Assembly: GCA_030835405.1 (NCBI GenBank)
Contig: JAURPG010000106.1
Location: 6,067 to 70,066 of the forward strand
From: Gammaproteobacteria bacterium
GTDB taxonomy: Bacteria > Pseudomonadota > Gammaproteobacteria > Eutrophobiales > Eutrophobiaceae
DNA length: 64,000 bases
Reading direction: 5' to 3'
Positions within the stretch are counted from its first letter, which is position 1. Each line of letters opens with the position of its first letter. Shown piece by piece: positions 62,754 to 64,000 of this stretch. Position numbers and translations under genes: made by a program. The notes beneath the pieces were generated by a model, which saw nothing but the letters and a program-made list of their open reading frames with translations, ran no database searches and was not told where the DNA came from.

Positions 62754-63836
62754 ATGTTGCTTTGGCTATCAGAATATCTAGTCCAATATTACAGTGGGTT
62801 TAATGTCTTTTTATATATCACCTTACGTACCATACTCGGTGCATTAACGTCATTATTTATTGCTCTGGTTATTGGGCCGGTACTAATCCGATATCTCAGT
62901 CGCTACAAGGTTGAACAGACCGTGAGAGATGACGGCCCTAAAACTCACTTGTTGAAATCTGGCACGCCAACTATGGGCGGTCTTTTGATAATTATCTCGA
63001 TTGCATTTAGTACATTGTGTTGGGCCGATCTTTCAAATAGATATGTAGTGATAGTTTGTCTGGTAACGCTGGCATTTGCCCTGATTGGTTATATTGATGA
63101 TTATAAGAAAGTAGTTAGACAGGACCCCAAAGGACTGTCAGCAAAATGGAAATATATTTTTCAATCCATAACTGGTTTCGGCGCAGCCATAGTTTTGTAT
63201 AGCACAGCAGTCAACCCCGTTGAAACACAATTGATTCTGCCGTTTATAAAAATTATCACTATTGACATGGGCTGGATGTTCATCGTTTTTACCTATTTTG
63301 TCATTGTGGGGTCAAGTAATGCGGTAAACCTGACAGATGGATTAGATGGTCTGGCAATCCTTCCAACGGTAATGGTGGCATCTGGTCTGGCAATATTTGC
63401 TTATGCCTCAGGTAATGTTCAATTTTCTGATTATCTGGGTATCCCCTATGTGCCAGGTGTCGGTGAAGTCTGCGTCTTTTTGGGTGCCCTGGTGGGCGCG
63501 GGACTGGGCTTTTTATGGTTTAACACATATCCGGCACAGGTATTTATGGGAGACATTGGTGCCCTGGCGCTAGGGGCTGCATTGGGAATTGTGGCGGTGG
63601 TAGTCAGACAGGAGATTGTACTGTTTATCATGGGCGGTGTGTTTGTAATTGAAACCGTATCTGTAATCCTTCAAGTCACTTCCTTTAAGTTAACAGGTAA
63701 AAGAATATTCAGGATGGCGCCGCTACATCACCATTATGAATTGAAAGGATGGCCGGAACCCAGGGTAATAGTCAGATTCTGGATTATTACCTTTATCTTA
63801 GTCCTTGTTGGATTATCAAGTTTAAAAATCCGGTAA
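62754..63836 (+). CDS. mraY: Phospho-N-acetylmuramoyl-pentapeptide transferase
   Basis: It is a 360-aa polytopic protein with the conserved [13 protein letters not shown] block. Confidence 0.95.
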   Translation: MLLWLSEYLVQYYSGFNVFLYITLRTILGALTSLFIALVIGPVLIRYLSRYKVEQTVRDDGPKTHLLKSGTPTMGGLLIIISIAFSTLCWADLSNRYVVIVCLVTLAFALIGYIDDYKKVVRQDPKGLSAKWKYIFQSITGFGAAIVLYSTAVNPVETQLILPFIKIITIDMGWMFIVFTYFVIVGSSNAVNLTDGLDGLAILPTVMVASGLAIFAYASGNVQFSDYLGIPYVPGVGEVCVFLGALVGAGLGFLWFNTYPAQVFMGDIGALALGAALGIVAVVVRQEIVLFIMGGVFVIETVSVILQVTSFKLTGKRIFRMAPLHHHYELKGWPEPRVIVRFWIITFILVLVGLSSLKIR

Positions 63837-63841
63837 GGCAA

Positions 63842-64000
63842 ATGTTAAGTGCAATAAGTGTTTCAGATAGAGAACAGATGCAGAAAATTCAAAAACAATT
63901 TGATGCCATAGTTGTAGGACTGGGTATAACGGGGATGTCCTTAATCCGTCACCTTTCCAATAAGGTGACAAGATTGGCCGTTGTCGATACCAGGAATGAC
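63842..64000 (+). CDS. murD: UDP-N-acetylmuramoylalanine--D-glutamate ligase, N-terminal 53 codons only (truncated by the window end)
   Basis: It translates as MLSAISVSDREQMQKIQKQFDAIVVGLGITGMSLIRHL..., a Rossmann GLGxTG motif. It lies directly after mraY. Confidence 0.8.
   Translation, partial: MLSAISVSDREQMQKIQKQFDAIVVGLGITGMSLIRHLSNKVTRLAVVDTRND

Overview
This window comes from a gammaproteobacterial chromosome whose core genes look about 40-45% GC by eye; I computed no GC values. Gene order in the right half matches Pseudomonas-type synteny.

Core region (32.1-64.0 kb): queA-tgt-yajC-secD-secF, pdxB, purN, an MMPL/RND exporter with an MlaC-like partner, ibaG-murA-hisG-hisD, an AlgW/DegS-type protease, petABC (bc1 complex), sspAB, dolP-diaA-yraN-lpoA, rsmI, RNase P RNA (rnpB), and the dcw cluster mraZ-rsmH-ftsL-ftsI-murE-murF-mraY-murD (murD is cut off by the window end).

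Accessory mosaic (1-31.97 kb): this block ends 11 nt from the 3' end of a tRNA-Leu(CAA) gene, a classic island integration site. It has three compositional segments:
- (a) 1-2.15 kb, GC-richer: a partial alpha/beta hydrolase, an SOS-response-associated peptidase (YedK-type), and a truncated SLOG-like gene remnant.
- (b) about 2.15-21.25 kb, distinctly AT-rich. It carries an unusual tailoring-enzyme cluster: a metallophosphoesterase, two sulfotransferases (one frameshifted), two GT4 glycosyltransferases, an amidohydrolase, an HPr-kinase-like P-loop protein, two tandem B12-binding radical SAM enzymes, two SAM methyltransferases, a radical SAM/SPASM enzyme, a GT2 gene interrupted by three in-frame TAG codons, and an NTP_transf_5-type nucleotidyltransferase. 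An MtrA/MtoA-like decaheme cytochrome and an MtrB/MtoB-like porin sit inside it. I could find no precursor peptide and no lasso-peptide core enzymes, so the product class (RiPP, modified glycan or glycolipid) is unresolved. This segment is my main candidate for an undescribed system.
- (c) 21.3-31.96 kb, GC-richer: a DUF1592-type (PSCyt c-type haem domain) and DUF1552 pair, a secreted ankyrin-repeat protein, a small secreted 4-Cys protein, an AI-2E transporter, a Tat-signal amidase, and a DUF692 (MNIO) gene translationally coupled to a DUF2063-like gene. This resembles the bufferin/HvfBC type of RiPP-maturation pair but lacks the usual adjacent DUF2282 precursor.

I recognised no CRISPR array, integrase or transposase in the window.
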